Below, piece after piece: positions 45,929 to 54,967 of a DNA stretch of 64,000 nt. Every line of letters starts with the position of its first letter. Positions within the stretch are counted from its first letter, which is position 1. The notes under the pieces were generated by a model. The model made no database searches. It saw nothing but the letters and a program-made list of their open reading frames with translations, and had not been told where the DNA came from. The stretch spans positions 151,971 to 215,970 of the forward strand of contig CANLTW010000001.1 in the NCBI GenBank assembly GCA_947494155.1. The letters are read 5' to 3'. The stretch is from Chlamydiota bacterium. GTDB lineage: Bacteria; Chlamydiota; Chlamydiia; Chlamydiales; RGXB01. A program made the position numbers and the translations under genes.

Positions 45929-47141
45929 ATCTTCTCCAAGTATTTTTGGCGGGGCGCTTCTGGTAACGGGAAGCTGCGTAGGTGCAGGGATGTTGGGTTT
46001 GCCGATTATGACGGGACTTGTGGGGTTTTTTCCCTCGCTGATACTTTTCGTCGTAGCCGCTTTTTTTATGACCTTCACCGCCCTTTTATTAGTCGAGGTG
46101 CAACAGGAGTTTTCCCATCCTGTGAACTTAAGCACTATGTGTGGCTTTTCTCTAGGAAAGGTGGGAAGGTTTTTGTGCTGGGTTACCTACCTTTTTTTAT
46201 TTTACGCGCTCCTGGTCGCTTATACGGCCCTCTCGGGACACCATACCTCGCTCCTTTTAGAGCATTTTTTGGGTGTGAATATTCCGGAATGGGTGGGAAG
46301 CCTTTTTTTTGTGATTCTTTTTGGCACGGTTGTCTATCGTGGAACTACCCCTGTCGATATGCTGAATCGATTTTTTATGGTGTTCAAAATTTTAGCCTAT
46401 TTCGGATTGATTTTTTTAGGGGCAAAATATATCGAACCGGCCCTTTACTCAAGAGTAAGCTGGATTTTTTTGCTTCCGGCTGTCCCTATTATGATCATCT
46501 CTTTTGGGTTTCACAATATGGTACCCTCGTTGGTCAAACACTTTAACAATGACACCAAAAAAGTGGTCCTCTCTATTCTTTTTGGAGTTTTGATTACGCT
46601 GATTGTGAATCTTGTCTGGCAGTGGGTTGCTCTTGGTACGATTCCGGTTGGCGGAAAAGACGGATTGATGCAGAGCTACAAAGAGGGTATTGATGCAGCA
46701 CAGTCGATGTCTTTGGTTCTATCCAATCCAACGGTTTCTATTTTTAGTAACGCTTTGGCTTTTTTTGCCATAATGACCTCCTTTTTAGCGCAGTCGATGA
46801 GCCTTGTCCATTTTCTACAAGATGCAACACAGGTAAAACTCAAGGAGGGGCAGGAGAGTTTTCCGATTACGTGTCTTGCTCTACTTCCCCCGCTGATCGT
46901 TGCAATTTTAGGGCCAAATCTCTTTTTTAGCGCTCTTAATTTCGCAGGGGGTGTTTGTGCCATGCTCCTTTTTGGGGTCTTCCCCGTTTGGATGTGTTGG
47001 GTCAAGCGCTATAAAAGGGGCCATACTTCGGGATTTATGGTTCCTGGGGGAAAAGGGGTCTTTGTCTTTTTGTTTTTGTTTGCTTTGTTTGTAATGGCCT
47101 ACCAACTCGCCTCTATGATGGGAGTGTTAGGTGACAGTTGA
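45918..47141 (+). CDS. tyrP: Aromatic amino acid permease (TyrP/Mtr family)
   Basis: GGALLVTGSCVGAGMLGLP, LFYALLVAY, SFGFHNMVPSL, FAIMTSFL. Confidence 0.85.
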   Translation: MEAKSSPSIFGGALLVTGSCVGAGMLGLPIMTGLVGFFPSLILFVVAAFFMTFTALLLVEVQQEFSHPVNLSTMCGFSLGKVGRFLCWVTYLFLFYALLVAYTALSGHHTSLLLEHFLGVNIPEWVGSLFFVILFGTVVYRGTTPVDMLNRFFMVFKILAYFGLIFLGAKYIEPALYSRVSWIFLLPAVPIMIISFGFHNMVPSLVKHFNNDTKKVVLSILFGVLITLIVNLVWQWVALGTIPVGGKDGLMQSYKEGIDAAQSMSLVLSNPTVSIFSNALAFFAIMTSFLAQSMSLVHFLQDATQVKLKEGQESFPITCLALLPPLIVAILGPNLFFSALNFAGGVCAMLLFGVFPVWMCWVKRYKRGHTSGFMVPGGKGVFVFLFLFALFVMAYQLASMMGVLGDS

Positions 47142-49137
47142 TCAATTCCTTTTAAGAAGTGTATATGAGCCGAAGGGAGACCAGCCCCATGCTATTAAAT
47201 ATCTTACTCAGGGGATAAAAGAGGGGGTAGATGCTCAAGTTCTTTTAGGGATCACCGGATCGGGGAAGACGTTTACGATGGCGAATGTGATCCAGAATGT
47301 CCAAAAACCGACATTAGTTTTGGCACATAACAAGACTCTTGCTGCCCAGCTCTACCAGGAATTTAAAACCTTTTTTCCTCACAATGCCGTGGAGTATTTT
47401 GTCTCTTATTATGACTATTACCAGCCAGAAGCGTATATTGCTAGAACCGATACGTATATTGAAAAGGATTTAGCTATCAATGACCGGATCGAGCGGATGC
47501 GCCTGTCGGCAACCAAGTCCCTGATTGAAAGAAAAGATGTCATTATAGTCTCATCGGTGTCTTGTATATACGGTATTGGCGCTCCCGATTATTTTGCCCG
47601 CATGCAGCTCAAGCTTCAGGTAGGGATGAAAATCGAAAGGGATGATCTGTTACTGAAATTGGTGGAGATTCACTATAAAAGGAACGATCTGGAGCTGACC
47701 CGATCCAAATTTAGGGTTCGTGGAGACGTTGTTGAAGTAGCTCTTGCTTATGAAGAGAATATTGCTGTTAGGGTGGAGTTATTTGGGGATGAGATTGAGA
47801 GGCTGAGCCTGATCGATCCGTTGACAGCCCGTATAATAAAAAGAGAAGAGAAGGTTACTATCTTTCCTGGATCTCACTATGTGATGCCCGAGGAGGTGAA
47901 AGAGGATGCGATTGAATTGATTAAAAAAGAGCTTGAAGAGAGGAGAGTTTTTTACTTAGAAAATCAGCGCCCGCTTGAGGAGCACCGCATACGGGAAAGG
48001 ACTTTATACGATCTGGAACTCATAAGGGAAATCGGTTTTTGCAAAGGAATTGAAAACTACTCTAGAGCTTTTTCAAATCGCAAACCGGGAGATCCCCCCT
48101 CATGTCTTTTAGACTATTTTCCTGCAGATTTCTTGTTATTTGTCGACGAATCGCATCAGACAGTTCCCCAGATTGGTGCTATGCGCAACGGGGATAAAGC
48201 AAGAAAGGTTCCCTTGATTGAGTTTGGGTTTCGTCTCCCTTCAGCGTTTGATAATCGCCCCCTCTCTTTCGACGAGTTTCGGGAAAAAGTGCAAAATATC
48301 ATCTACGTCTCCGCAACCCCGGGCCCCTATGAGCTAGAGGATGCTGAAGGGAGAGTCGCAGAGCAAATTATCCGCCCAACGGGTCTTTTAGATCCTGTAA
48401 TCGAGGTGAAGCCGGCGATGTATCAAGTGGATGATGCAATCGGTGAGATCCAAAAAGAGATCGAAAAGGGGAATAGGATCCTTGTGACAACTCTTACAAA
48501 AAAATTGGCTGAAGATCTCACGAAATACATGAAAGAGATCGGGATCAAAACCCAGTATCTACATTCGGATATAGATACTCTTGAAAGAGTGAAAATCATT
48601 AAACAGCTAAGGGTGAAAGAAATCGATGTCCTAGTGGGGATCAATCTACTTAGGGAGGGGTTAGATATTCCTGAAGTCTCCTTAGTATTGATTTTGGATG
48701 CTGATAAAGAGGGCTTTTTAAGATCTAAAACCTCGTTGATTCAGACCTGCGGTCGAGCTGCCCGTAATAAAGAAGGGCGGGTGGTCATGTATGCAGACAC
48801 CATGACTAAATCGATACAAGAGACCATCGAAATCACTCAGAATCGTCGTAAGCTCCAAGAAAATTACAACCTTGAACATGGTATTGAGCCTCAATCGGTA
48901 CTACGCGAAACAACACAGACTTTGAAAGAGACCTTCTTTCAAGAGTTAGAGACCGAAATCGAGGAGGTGGAAAAAGAGGTTTCTTTGTCTCCAAAAGAGC
49001 TTGAGCGCAAAATCAAGCTTGTGGAAAAAGAGATGTTGCTTAAAGCTAAAGCACTCGATTTTGCCGCTGCCATCCTTTTAAGAGATGAACTCGAACGTTT
49101 GAAGAATATAGCGATGCAACAAAACGGCTTCGATTAG
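47131..49137 (+). CDS. uvrB: Excinuclease ABC subunit B
   Basis: GITGSGKT, FVSYYDYYQPEAY, DESH, GINLLREGLDIPEV, GRAARN. Confidence 0.98.
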   Translation: MTVDQFLLRSVYEPKGDQPHAIKYLTQGIKEGVDAQVLLGITGSGKTFTMANVIQNVQKPTLVLAHNKTLAAQLYQEFKTFFPHNAVEYFVSYYDYYQPEAYIARTDTYIEKDLAINDRIERMRLSATKSLIERKDVIIVSSVSCIYGIGAPDYFARMQLKLQVGMKIERDDLLLKLVEIHYKRNDLELTRSKFRVRGDVVEVALAYEENIAVRVELFGDEIERLSLIDPLTARIIKREEKVTIFPGSHYVMPEEVKEDAIELIKKELEERRVFYLENQRPLEEHRIRERTLYDLELIREIGFCKGIENYSRAFSNRKPGDPPSCLLDYFPADFLLFVDESHQTVPQIGAMRNGDKARKVPLIEFGFRLPSAFDNRPLSFDEFREKVQNIIYVSATPGPYELEDAEGRVAEQIIRPTGLLDPVIEVKPAMYQVDDAIGEIQKEIEKGNRILVTTLTKKLAEDLTKYMKEIGIKTQYLHSDIDTLERVKIIKQLRVKEIDVLVGINLLREGLDIPEVSLVLILDADKEGFLRSKTSLIQTCGRAARNKEGRVVMYADTMTKSIQETIEITQNRRKLQENYNLEHGIEPQSVLRETTQTLKETFFQELETEIEEVEKEVSLSPKELERKIKLVEKEMLLKAKALDFAAAILLRDELERLKNIAMQQNGFD

Positions 49138-49265
49138 AACTTTATGTCTAAAAAAACAATAGCCTCGCTCTAAAGGTTTTTTAGATTTTCCCCCTTGCTC
49201 TCTTTGAGGTCTTTTTTTCGGATATATTTCTTGCAGTTCTCATTTCTTAAGGGCATCATAAAGGG

Positions 49266-49931
49266 ATGATGAAATACTTGCTTTTGCGGCTGCCTGGGGC
49301 GCTATTGGTTTTTGGTTTTTTAATCATCGTCCATTACATGCAGTTTAGCTTCGTTCCCGTTAAGAATAGGTTCGGTGCATTATTTAGCCGAATCGAAGCC
49401 GAAAATTTTGATGTTTTTATCATCTCGACGGAGGAAAAACCGGTCTCAAAGGAGCTTGTTGACTCATTACTAGGGCAAAAAGATGCAGAGGTTAAAGTGC
49501 ACCTGCTGGATCTCAGACAGGCAAAAGGGGAATTTCATGAGAAAGAAAAATTTGAGTACAAACGTTGTGCCCCCGTTGAGCTCCTCGATTTTTTTCATAA
49601 AGAGGTTTCCAAAATCAACCCTAAACATATTCTTGTATTTATAGACCCTCTAGAAAAAAAGGTGCACCCCTTTCTTATGAGAAAAATCAGGCATCTCTTC
49701 CATAGCCGCGAGGTGAAAGCTGTTTATACCGATAGAAAAGTAAAGCCTACGCAGAAGCATCCGGGATGGGAGCAGGCAAAAATAAAAGCCTACCATGTTG
49801 AGCTTATCAAGCAACTTGATATAGAGAAAATCCGGACTTTGGAAGAGTATCATCAAGGAATTTTTTTCTTAACCGATGAGAATTTTCTTTTTTCAACAAA
49901 ACTTCTGGATCCTGACCCCGAAAATATTTGA
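49266..49931 (+). CDS. Membrane-anchored, degenerate GT2-like protein
   Basis: N-terminal TM; FDVFIIS...SLLGQ...VHLLD...ILVFIDP pattern resembles GT2 but the acidic motifs are eroded. Confidence 0.45.
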   Translation: MMKYLLLRLPGALLVFGFLIIVHYMQFSFVPVKNRFGALFSRIEAENFDVFIISTEEKPVSKELVDSLLGQKDAEVKVHLLDLRQAKGEFHEKEKFEYKRCAPVELLDFFHKEVSKINPKHILVFIDPLEKKVHPFLMRKIRHLFHSREVKAVYTDRKVKPTQKHPGWEQAKIKAYHVELIKQLDIEKIRTLEEYHQGIFFLTDENFLFSTKLLDPDPENI

Positions 49932-49969
49932 AAAGTTCAATTGAAAGTTTTTTCTTAAGAGATTTCCCC

Positions 49970-51040
49970 ATGCGCTTACCCCTTTTTCTTCTATTTGTCA
50001 CCCCCTTCTTTCTTATTGCCAAAGAGAGCTACGAGACGATTCACGAAAAATTTTCTCACCCTGGCTGCTATGAGCAAAATAGAGATTTTTGTCAGAAAGT
50101 GCACCGTATTGTACTAAACGAGTTTCCCCGTGCCTACAACCCCTCCTTAATTTACACCGAGCATGGATATACCCTTTTTTTCCGTTTTGATGAGTTTTCT
50201 CCGCATCAACAAAAAAACAGTCGATTTTCGTGCATGACCTATGTGGGTTGTGTGGAGTTGAACAGATCCTTCATGCCTATTTCCAACATAAAAGTGCTGG
50301 ATTTGAAAAGTTCTTACGCTGAGGATCCCCGGTGTATCCTTTTTGAAAACCAGCTCTATTTATTTTATAACGACATCGATATCAAAGAGCCTTCAATCAG
50401 AAAAATGAAAATGGCGATTTTGGAGCCTAAGACCAAAAGAGTTTTGGAAATTGTGGATCTCCCGGGTGGAAAAAAGAGAGTAGAGAAAAATTGGACCCCA
50501 TTTGTGTACCAAAAAGAGGGGGAAAAAGGGCTCTATTTTGTGTACGATCTCTCCTTATTTCACGTATATAAGCTGGAAAAACACCAGGAGCAGTGGAAAA
50601 TAGAGCCCCTTTCTCCCCCCTCAATTAAGTCCACTCAAAAAGAGTTTTGGGAGAAGGAGTTTGGCTCTTTGCGCGGAGGGGCCCCTTTAATCCAAGTAGA
50701 TGGGGAGTTATTTTGTTTTTACCACTCCTCTTTTTATGAAAAGAAACCCTTTTGGCAGAAAATCTCAAAAACCTGTTTCTATCATATGGGTCTTATAACT
50801 TTTTGCGAAAAAACTTTAGAACCAAAAGGGATGCTCCCCTTTCCTATCTTTTATTCGGATGCGTTTGCGACACCCAGAGGGGAACGTTTCAATAAGTGGG
50901 TGATTTATCCCTCAGGCGCAGTCTATAATAAAGAAGAAGGGAAAGTCTTAGTTTCTTTAGGGGAAAATGACCGGGGTATGCTTATTTTGGAATTTGATAA
51001 AGAGATATTTTCAAAAAAACTAGTTCCAATAGAAAAATAA
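49970..51040 (+). CDS. Exported five-bladed beta-propeller glyco-enzyme (GH130/GT91/GT108-like), paralog 1
   Basis: Signal MRLPLFLLFVTPFFLIA; YNPS, EDPR, EKNWTPF, LRGGAP, VIYPSG, GEND. TTG 49928 is an alternative start. Confidence 0.65.
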   Translation: MRLPLFLLFVTPFFLIAKESYETIHEKFSHPGCYEQNRDFCQKVHRIVLNEFPRAYNPSLIYTEHGYTLFFRFDEFSPHQQKNSRFSCMTYVGCVELNRSFMPISNIKVLDLKSSYAEDPRCILFENQLYLFYNDIDIKEPSIRKMKMAILEPKTKRVLEIVDLPGGKKRVEKNWTPFVYQKEGEKGLYFVYDLSLFHVYKLEKHQEQWKIEPLSPPSIKSTQKEFWEKEFGSLRGGAPLIQVDGELFCFYHSSFYEKKPFWQKISKTCFYHMGLITFCEKTLEPKGMLPFPIFYSDAFATPRGERFNKWVIYPSGAVYNKEEGKVLVSLGENDRGMLILEFDKEIFSKKLVPIEK

Positions 51041-51053
51041 ACGGACTTTAAGT

Positions 51054-52172
51054 ATGTGGACCCCCTTTATTTCAACGCTTTTGACACTTTCGATCTCTAT
51101 AGCTGGAACAATCAATAAAAGAGATGGGATCGGGAGGCAATCGATCGAATTGGGGACCGCATTAAAAAACACCTATAACATTCAGGTGGTCCCTTTTGGA
51201 GAATGTGGAGAGCTATCTAAAGAGGAGATGGAACTTGTAGAGACCGATTTGAGGAATCTTCACCCGATTGTGCTTCTCAATACATCGCTTCCCGAAATTC
51301 CCCACATGGTGGAAATCTTAAAAAGATATAAAAAGCCTGGGCAAAGATTTTTGGCGTATACCATGATTGAATCGGATTTTGTGGATCCAAGATTTGTCGA
51401 ATATCTTAATTTTTTCGAGGCCATTCTTGTTCCCGACCCATTCCTGGTGGAGGTATTCCAAAAAAGCGGCGTTAAGCCCCCTATTGAGGTGATACCTCTC
51501 GCGGTCGATTTGAGTAAATTTCTCTCAAAACCATTAAAAAAAACGCTCCATAAACCTTTTGTGTTTGGAAATTTTTCCGGTTGTATTTTTAGAAAAGACC
51601 AAAAAATTCTCCTGGAGGCTTTTCATGAGGAGTTTGGATCCTCAGAAGAGGTTTTATTGTATCTGTTTTTTAGGGGAGGAGATACAGCGTGTATCAAGGA
51701 AATACGGAAGTATATTCAATCTCACGGGTTAAAAAATGTGAAAATAGAATCGGGCCCTAAGCCCCCAAGGGCGTATATTGAGGCCTTCGAGTCGCTGGAT
51801 TGTTACGTCTCGCCCTCATGGGGTGAGGGGTTTAGTATTCAGCCTCGGGAGGCGATGGCTTTAGGAATACCCACCATAGTTTCTAGAAATACCGGGCAAA
51901 TCACTATAGCCGATTCGGGTTTGGCGTTTGTCCTTTGTAAACAAGAGAATATTAAAGCTGTGTATTCTTTAGGTTATAATATTTTTAATATGGGCAATAT
52001 GCAGCGCTCTAATAAAGAGGAGCTAAAGGAGCTTCTGAAAAAAATCTTTATCCAAAAAAATATGATTCTAGATGGAAATGAAAAATTGCGCGATTGGGCG
52101 ACCCGATACGATATTGAGCGGGGCCCTTTTGTGGAGGAATTTATCCAATTTTTTGAAAAAACTTTTGGGTGA
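51054..52172 (+). CDS. GT4-family (GT-B) glycosyltransferase
   Basis: DGIGRQS, YTMIES, IPLAVD, RKDQ..LLEAF, DCYVSPSWGEGFSIQPREAMALGIP. Confidence 0.85.
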   Translation: MWTPFISTLLTLSISIAGTINKRDGIGRQSIELGTALKNTYNIQVVPFGECGELSKEEMELVETDLRNLHPIVLLNTSLPEIPHMVEILKRYKKPGQRFLAYTMIESDFVDPRFVEYLNFFEAILVPDPFLVEVFQKSGVKPPIEVIPLAVDLSKFLSKPLKKTLHKPFVFGNFSGCIFRKDQKILLEAFHEEFGSSEEVLLYLFFRGGDTACIKEIRKYIQSHGLKNVKIESGPKPPRAYIEAFESLDCYVSPSWGEGFSIQPREAMALGIPTIVSRNTGQITIADSGLAFVLCKQENIKAVYSLGYNIFNMGNMQRSNKEELKELLKKIFIQKNMILDGNEKLRDWATRYDIERGPFVEEFIQFFEKTFG

Positions 52173-52179
52173 GAGTACG

Positions 52180-53250
52180 ATGATTATGTTATTTATGAAT
52201 ATTTGGCTTGGTTCAGCTCTTTTTGCGATGACAATTGCAATCGATAGCCCAATTTTACAACAAAAAGAGTGTCTTGAAGCAAATGAGGGGATTTTTTTTT
52301 CTGTAAAGAAGATCGATATCCCCCGACATAAAAATACATATAACCCCTCTATTGTCACTTCAAAAGGGGGCTACACCCTTTTTTTTCGTTATGACGAGAA
52401 AGAAGAACATTTTTTTCACGAAAAAAAGTTTGGTGGTTGTACTTACATAGGGTATTGCCAACTTTCAAAAGAGCTTGAGGTGATATCTAAGCCGAGGTTT
52501 TTAGACCTTAAAAGCTCCTATGCGGAGGATCCTCGAGCGGTCTCTTATGGGGGGAAAATTTACGTTTTTTATAACGACATTGATTTCCAAGATTCTCTCA
52601 AAAGGAAAATGAAATTAGCCGTTTTGGATGAAGAAAGCCTAAAAGTGGAAACCCTCTATTTTATCCCGGGAGGAAAAAGGAGAGTCGAAAAGAACTGGAC
52701 TCCGATTGTATTTGATGAGGGAGAGAAACAGAGACTTGGATTTATCTACAGTTTCGATGATCTTTCTCTATTTACGATCGATTTTATCGACCAAAAAATT
52801 GTTGTAGAACCCTATGGAACCGAAAAAATGGGGGGGAATTATCCCTTTGCGTGGCTTAAAAAATATGGGTTTCTAAGAGGCGGTGCCCCCGTATTTTACG
52901 CTGATGACCGCTTCTGGGCTTTTTTTCACTCCTATTTTAAAATTAAAACTCCGGTGAACAATTATGAAGATCGGAAAAGTTTTTTCTATGTGGGGGGTTT
53001 AGTGACATTTGCAGTAAAACCCTCGCTCCATTTTGATAAAATAAGCCGTTTTCCACTTCTCTATGAGGGGGCGTTTTCTACTAAAAGAGTCCGCTGTTTT
53101 GATAAAATGGTGATCTATCCCTCTGGCTGCGTCTACGATAAAGAGACTCGAGTGGTGCTTTTAGCAGTTGGAGAAAACGACAGCGGCATCAAACTTTTGA
53201 AAGCCGATTTGGATTCTTTAAAAAATTCGATGGAAAAGGTCAATCCATGA
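52180..53250 (+). CDS. Exported five-bladed beta-propeller glyco-enzyme, paralog 2
   Basis: Hydrophobic N-terminus; YNPS, DLKSSYAEDPR, GGKRRVEKNWTP, LRGGAP, VIYPSG, GEND. Confidence 0.65.
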   Translation: MIMLFMNIWLGSALFAMTIAIDSPILQQKECLEANEGIFFSVKKIDIPRHKNTYNPSIVTSKGGYTLFFRYDEKEEHFFHEKKFGGCTYIGYCQLSKELEVISKPRFLDLKSSYAEDPRAVSYGGKIYVFYNDIDFQDSLKRKMKLAVLDEESLKVETLYFIPGGKRRVEKNWTPIVFDEGEKQRLGFIYSFDDLSLFTIDFIDQKIVVEPYGTEKMGGNYPFAWLKKYGFLRGGAPVFYADDRFWAFFHSYFKIKTPVNNYEDRKSFFYVGGLVTFAVKPSLHFDKISRFPLLYEGAFSTKRVRCFDKMVIYPSGCVYDKETRVVLLAVGENDSGIKLLKADLDSLKNSMEKVNP

Positions 53251-53867
53251 GCTTTTTTTTTAACATTTTAGTTCTATTCCCTCTTTTTTATTTGAATATA
53301 GAGGCAAACCCCAAAGTCGAGAGAATCATCGGATTTACCCCATATTTCAGGGTTTTAGAGCGTTTTATGGAGAAAGAATCAGATACATTTCTGCATACGG
53401 AAGCACTGGTATTTGCAGATCTTATGAAGCTGTTTGTACCAAAAAATATCGTGGTTTTGGGAAATTCCAACACAATGTATCCCTTTATGTGTGCCTACTT
53501 TTTGCGCTATTTTGGTGAGGGGAAAGTCTACCACTTCACTGCTTTGGAAAACAAAAAAGAGGCTTATTTGCAAAAAAAATTGCAAAAGTGTTTGAACCGA
53601 TTCCATTTGAATTCGTTTTATCTGGAAACAACCAAAATAAAAGAACTCCCGGAAAAAATCGATATCCTTATTTTAGATTTCAATAGCGGCAGAGAGCCTT
53701 TTATGGAAAGACTTCAAGATTTAAAGGGGAGATTAGCTAAAAATAGTCTGGTTTGGGTGCAAAGCAAAAATAGGGAGATCCCCCCTTCAAACATACCTTT
53801 AACCCCCCTTTCGATCGATCTTTTAGAGGAAGATTCTTTAGTTAGGGTCTATCAAGCACGCGTGTAA
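53247..53867 (+). CDS. Exported class I methyltransferase-fold protein with a degenerate SAM motif
   Basis: Signal ending NIEA; PKNIVVLG...GEGKVY...IDILILD...LAKNSLVWV. Confidence 0.45.
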   Translation: MSFFFNILVLFPLFYLNIEANPKVERIIGFTPYFRVLERFMEKESDTFLHTEALVFADLMKLFVPKNIVVLGNSNTMYPFMCAYFLRYFGEGKVYHFTALENKKEAYLQKKLQKCLNRFHLNSFYLETTKIKELPEKIDILILDFNSGREPFMERLQDLKGRLAKNSLVWVQSKNREIPPSNIPLTPLSIDLLEEDSLVRVYQARV

Positions 53868-53952
53868 TCGAGAGTGTTTTTGCACCATTCTGCTTGAGTA
53901 ACACTTCATCTTTTTATAAAAGTTGCTAAAGGGGCCTTTTGATAAAAAAGAC

Positions 53953-54903
53953 CTACGAGGGAGCTTGATAGGGTTTGAAACTCAAGACGTAGCCCTGTTT
54001 TACCTCGATACGGTAGACAATCAATAGCCCAAATGAGACCACAGCTGTACTCAGTAAAATGATAGGGTGAAACGGTTCGCTGTGGAAAAGGTAGGCGTTT
54101 ATAGAGGCAAATAGGGGGCTTAATAGGTCAAAAAAGGAGATCAAGGTCTCAGAAAACCTTTTCAAAAGATATCCATAAAGATTAGAGCAGAGGATATTCG
54201 ATACTAAAATGATTAAGATCATCCATCCAAAGTAAGGTTTACAATCAAGATTTGCCCACTGTTGAAGGGGGCCTTGCTCAATAAAAAAAGAGGTTATTAG
54301 CGCAAGTAGGCCCCCAAAAAGCATGCTGTAACCATTTATTTTTACCAGGCACATATGTTGAGCTTTGAGAAGCAATCTCATTAAAATCCAGCCGTAAACT
54401 CCGCAAAAAGAGCCCGCGACGGCTGCAATCGAGGGCCAAGAGAAGAGCGCGTCGATTTTGAAAGGGGCCTCTTGGCCGTTTTGAATCATCAATACAGGTA
54501 AAAAACCGACAATAGCAACCCCCACGCCGAACCATTTGATTATCGTCAACTTCTCTTTTAAAAAGATAAAGGACAATAAGCAGGATATAAGAACGCATAC
54601 GCAGGGTGACATGCTGTAGAAAAAGCAGGTTTTAGCCGTGGAGAGGTACTTTAGGCTTAAGTGCTCACAAAGATTGTTAAAATAGATGCTAAACAAAGAA
54701 AGAATGAAAAGGGATATCGCCTCCGTTGAGGAAATTTTGATCGATTGGAATCCCTTTAGCAAAAGCCCTCCCAAAAGGAGAAGCCCAGCTAAAAGCATTC
54801 TTACCCCTACAGTAAAAATCGGATCTGCATAAGCCACAAGCTGTTTTCCGATAGGAAAAGTCAGATGCCCAAGACCATGTAAAAGGGGAATAAGCCAAAT
54901 CAT
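53953..54903 (-). CDS. DMT/EamA-family transporter (similar to the chlamydial SAM/SAH transporter family)
   Basis: About 10 TM helices; PIFTVGVRMLLAG, LKYLSTAKTCFFY, LYGYLLKRFS. Confidence 0.85.
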   Translation of the reverse strand: MIWLIPLLHGLGHLTFPIGKQLVAYADPIFTVGVRMLLAGLLLLGGLLLKGFQSIKISSTEAISLFILSLFSIYFNNLCEHLSLKYLSTAKTCFFYSMSPCVCVLISCLLSFIFLKEKLTIIKWFGVGVAIVGFLPVLMIQNGQEAPFKIDALFSWPSIAAVAGSFCGVYGWILMRLLLKAQHMCLVKINGYSMLFGGLLALITSFFIEQGPLQQWANLDCKPYFGWMILIILVSNILCSNLYGYLLKRFSETLISFFDLLSPLFASINAYLFHSEPFHPIILLSTAVVSFGLLIVYRIEVKQGYVLSFKPYQAPS

Positions 54904-54967
54904 TAAACTCCACGAGTATAGGCTCTATGGATTAGAAAGGAAGTTTAAAAAAGGGCTTGATGAGCTT

